Source of the DNA: Octopus bimaculoides
Lineage: Eukaryota
Length of the DNA stretch: 32,587 nt
Direction of reading: 5' to 3'
NCBI RefSeq assembly: GCF_001194135.2
Contig: NC_069005.1
Span: forward strand, 19,818,032-19,850,618
Shown here: one piece after another, positions 31,276 to 32,587 of the stretch
Layout: each line of letters starts with the position of its first letter
How positions within the stretch are numbered: position 1 is the stretch's first letter
Made by a program: the position numbers and the translations under genes
Notes under the pieces: generated by a model
Database searches by the model: none
What the model was told of the DNA's origin: nothing
Seen by the model: only the letters and a program-made list of their open reading frames with translations

Positions 31276-31744
31276 CACAAAAACGATGTTTCTGCTGATT
31301 CATTGAGGAGCAGTATGATTCCTGTAACATTATATAGCATTGGCTGAATGCCAGGACCTCATTGGCCTACAGAGGCATCACACAGTACTACATCTCCACA
31401 TTATATGTATATTTATATATATGGATGAATGAATGAATGGAACTTTGTTAATTTCAATGATGAAGATACACTCGTTTGATATCATTTGAATTACCTGCTC
31501 CTGAATTAATGCGTAGGTGGTGGTAGTGGTGGACTCTCATCTGTCAAACCTCTATTGATCTAATGCCACAAGCCCTGTCGTTATCAAATGCAGGATTTGT
31601 ATGGAGTTACCTTCTGCTAGATAAGCAGTTAAAGGCCCAAAAGGCCTCACCTGTCCTAGGTCCATTGGGGTGTCTGTGTATGATCTTCTACCTGAGGCAA
31701 TTCCATGACATGTTAATGAACCTACAGCTTGGTCTCTAACATGT

Positions 31745-31870
31745 TATACTACTCTGGGTCAGAGTAGCCCTGCGAACAGCAGCGGCTGTGAGGTGGATTC
31801 ATACTTGTCAAAACCCTAGAATTCTTGAACCAGGGTCCTGCAGCTTAAGATTATACCCAGAACATTTAGG
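31745..31870 (+). repeat. Dispersed repeat fragment homologous to 8725-8860
   Basis: See 8725-8860. Confidence 0.5.
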
Positions 31871-31959
31871 CACATGAACCCTTAATGTAATTCTCAGTTA
31901 GAATCAGCATTATAGTGTGGTGTGTGACAAAGACTGTACCTCTTGTACAATCTGACCAA

Positions 31960-32045
31960 AAGGCTTCCTTACAGTTTCCATCTACCCAATTTCACTCACA
32001 AGGTATGAGTTGAAGCAAACTTCTTAACCATTTGACCATATTGCG
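31960..32045 (-). mobile_element. SINE family 2 head remnant with internal deletion
   Basis: ggcttccttacagtttccatctacccaatttcactcacaagg...gcaaacttcttaacca. Confidence 0.6.
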
Positions 32046-32209
32046 AATATATGAGAGGAAGACAATACATGCATACCTGCTGCCATACTAGGTGAGATGT
32101 ATTTCCGTACTGAGATGTATTCCTTACATGAACTTGTGCATAACCTGGACACACCTCATCTAAATACAATTAAAAACCTAATATTGTATGGGTCATTGAT
32201 TGCATATAT

Positions 32210-32552
32210 GAGGAGACCCTCTTCGGTCATGAATGACCATGGGATTGCACCTAGAAAGTCACCCTCCCAAGCACAAGTCCAGGCAAGGTTGTTTATGGAA
32301 GTCCAGCAGTCGCCCATGCATGCCAGCCTCCTCTCTCCACACCACTGATATGTTATCCAAGGGAAAGGCAAAGGGGCCGATAAAGCTTGGAACCTGTGAC
32401 ATCGCAACTCATTTCTACAGCTGAGTGAACTGGAGCAACGTGAAATAAAGTGTCTTGCTCAAGAACACAACACGCTGCCCAGCTTGGTAATTGAACTCAC
32501 AACCTCACGGTTGTAAGATCAACGCTCTAACCACTGAGCCATGCACCTTCAC
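32210..32552 (-). mobile_element. tRNA-derived SINE family 3, apparently full length, with a conserved-type central domain (V/Meta/CORE-like)
   Basis: Minus strand reads ggtgcaTGGCTCAGTGGttagagc (A-box)...gtgaGTTCAATTAcc (B-box), then gtgttcttgagcaagacactttatttcacgttgctccagttcactcagctgtagaaatgagt. Confidence 0.85.
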
Positions 32553-32587
32553 TTGCCCATTATATATATATATATATATATATATAT

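Noticed and set aside
32470-32548. tRNA gene
   Set aside because: A and B boxes are present, but there is no clean acceptor or anticodon stem and the sequence continues into a SINE body; it is a SINE head.

Overview
AT-rich, CpG-depleted, microsatellite-saturated eukaryotic genomic DNA from a gapped draft scaffold (six N gaps). The SINE/MITE repertoire and repeat texture look like an octopod cephalopod (Octopus); this is my recognition, not a database result. The window reads best as the interior of one large plus-strand gene. Two CpG-rich, proline-rich, phase-2/phase-2 exons (1359-1586 and 17912-18070) splice in frame, and several weaker exon candidates exist. The product is an unidentified disordered region rich in PY, PPLP, SH3-ligand and 14-3-3 motifs. 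The introns are filled with tRNA-derived SINEs, piggyBac-type (TTAA) MITEs, a mariner-derived 546-bp fold-back element, several other long hairpins, LINE relics and a ~138-bp satellite that arose inside a dispersed repeat. Best second-look items: a type-III-topology hammerhead-ribozyme-like motif (22788-22844), a second decayed Penelope-type hammerhead core, the 3'-3' mariner fold-back, a ~215-bp near-perfect hairpin, mirrored self-nested piggyBac MITEs, and an inverted SINE pair bracketing two in-frame, stop-free exons. Nearly all ORFs in the supplied track are microsatellite or N-gap artefacts. All alignments, folds and counts were done by eye.
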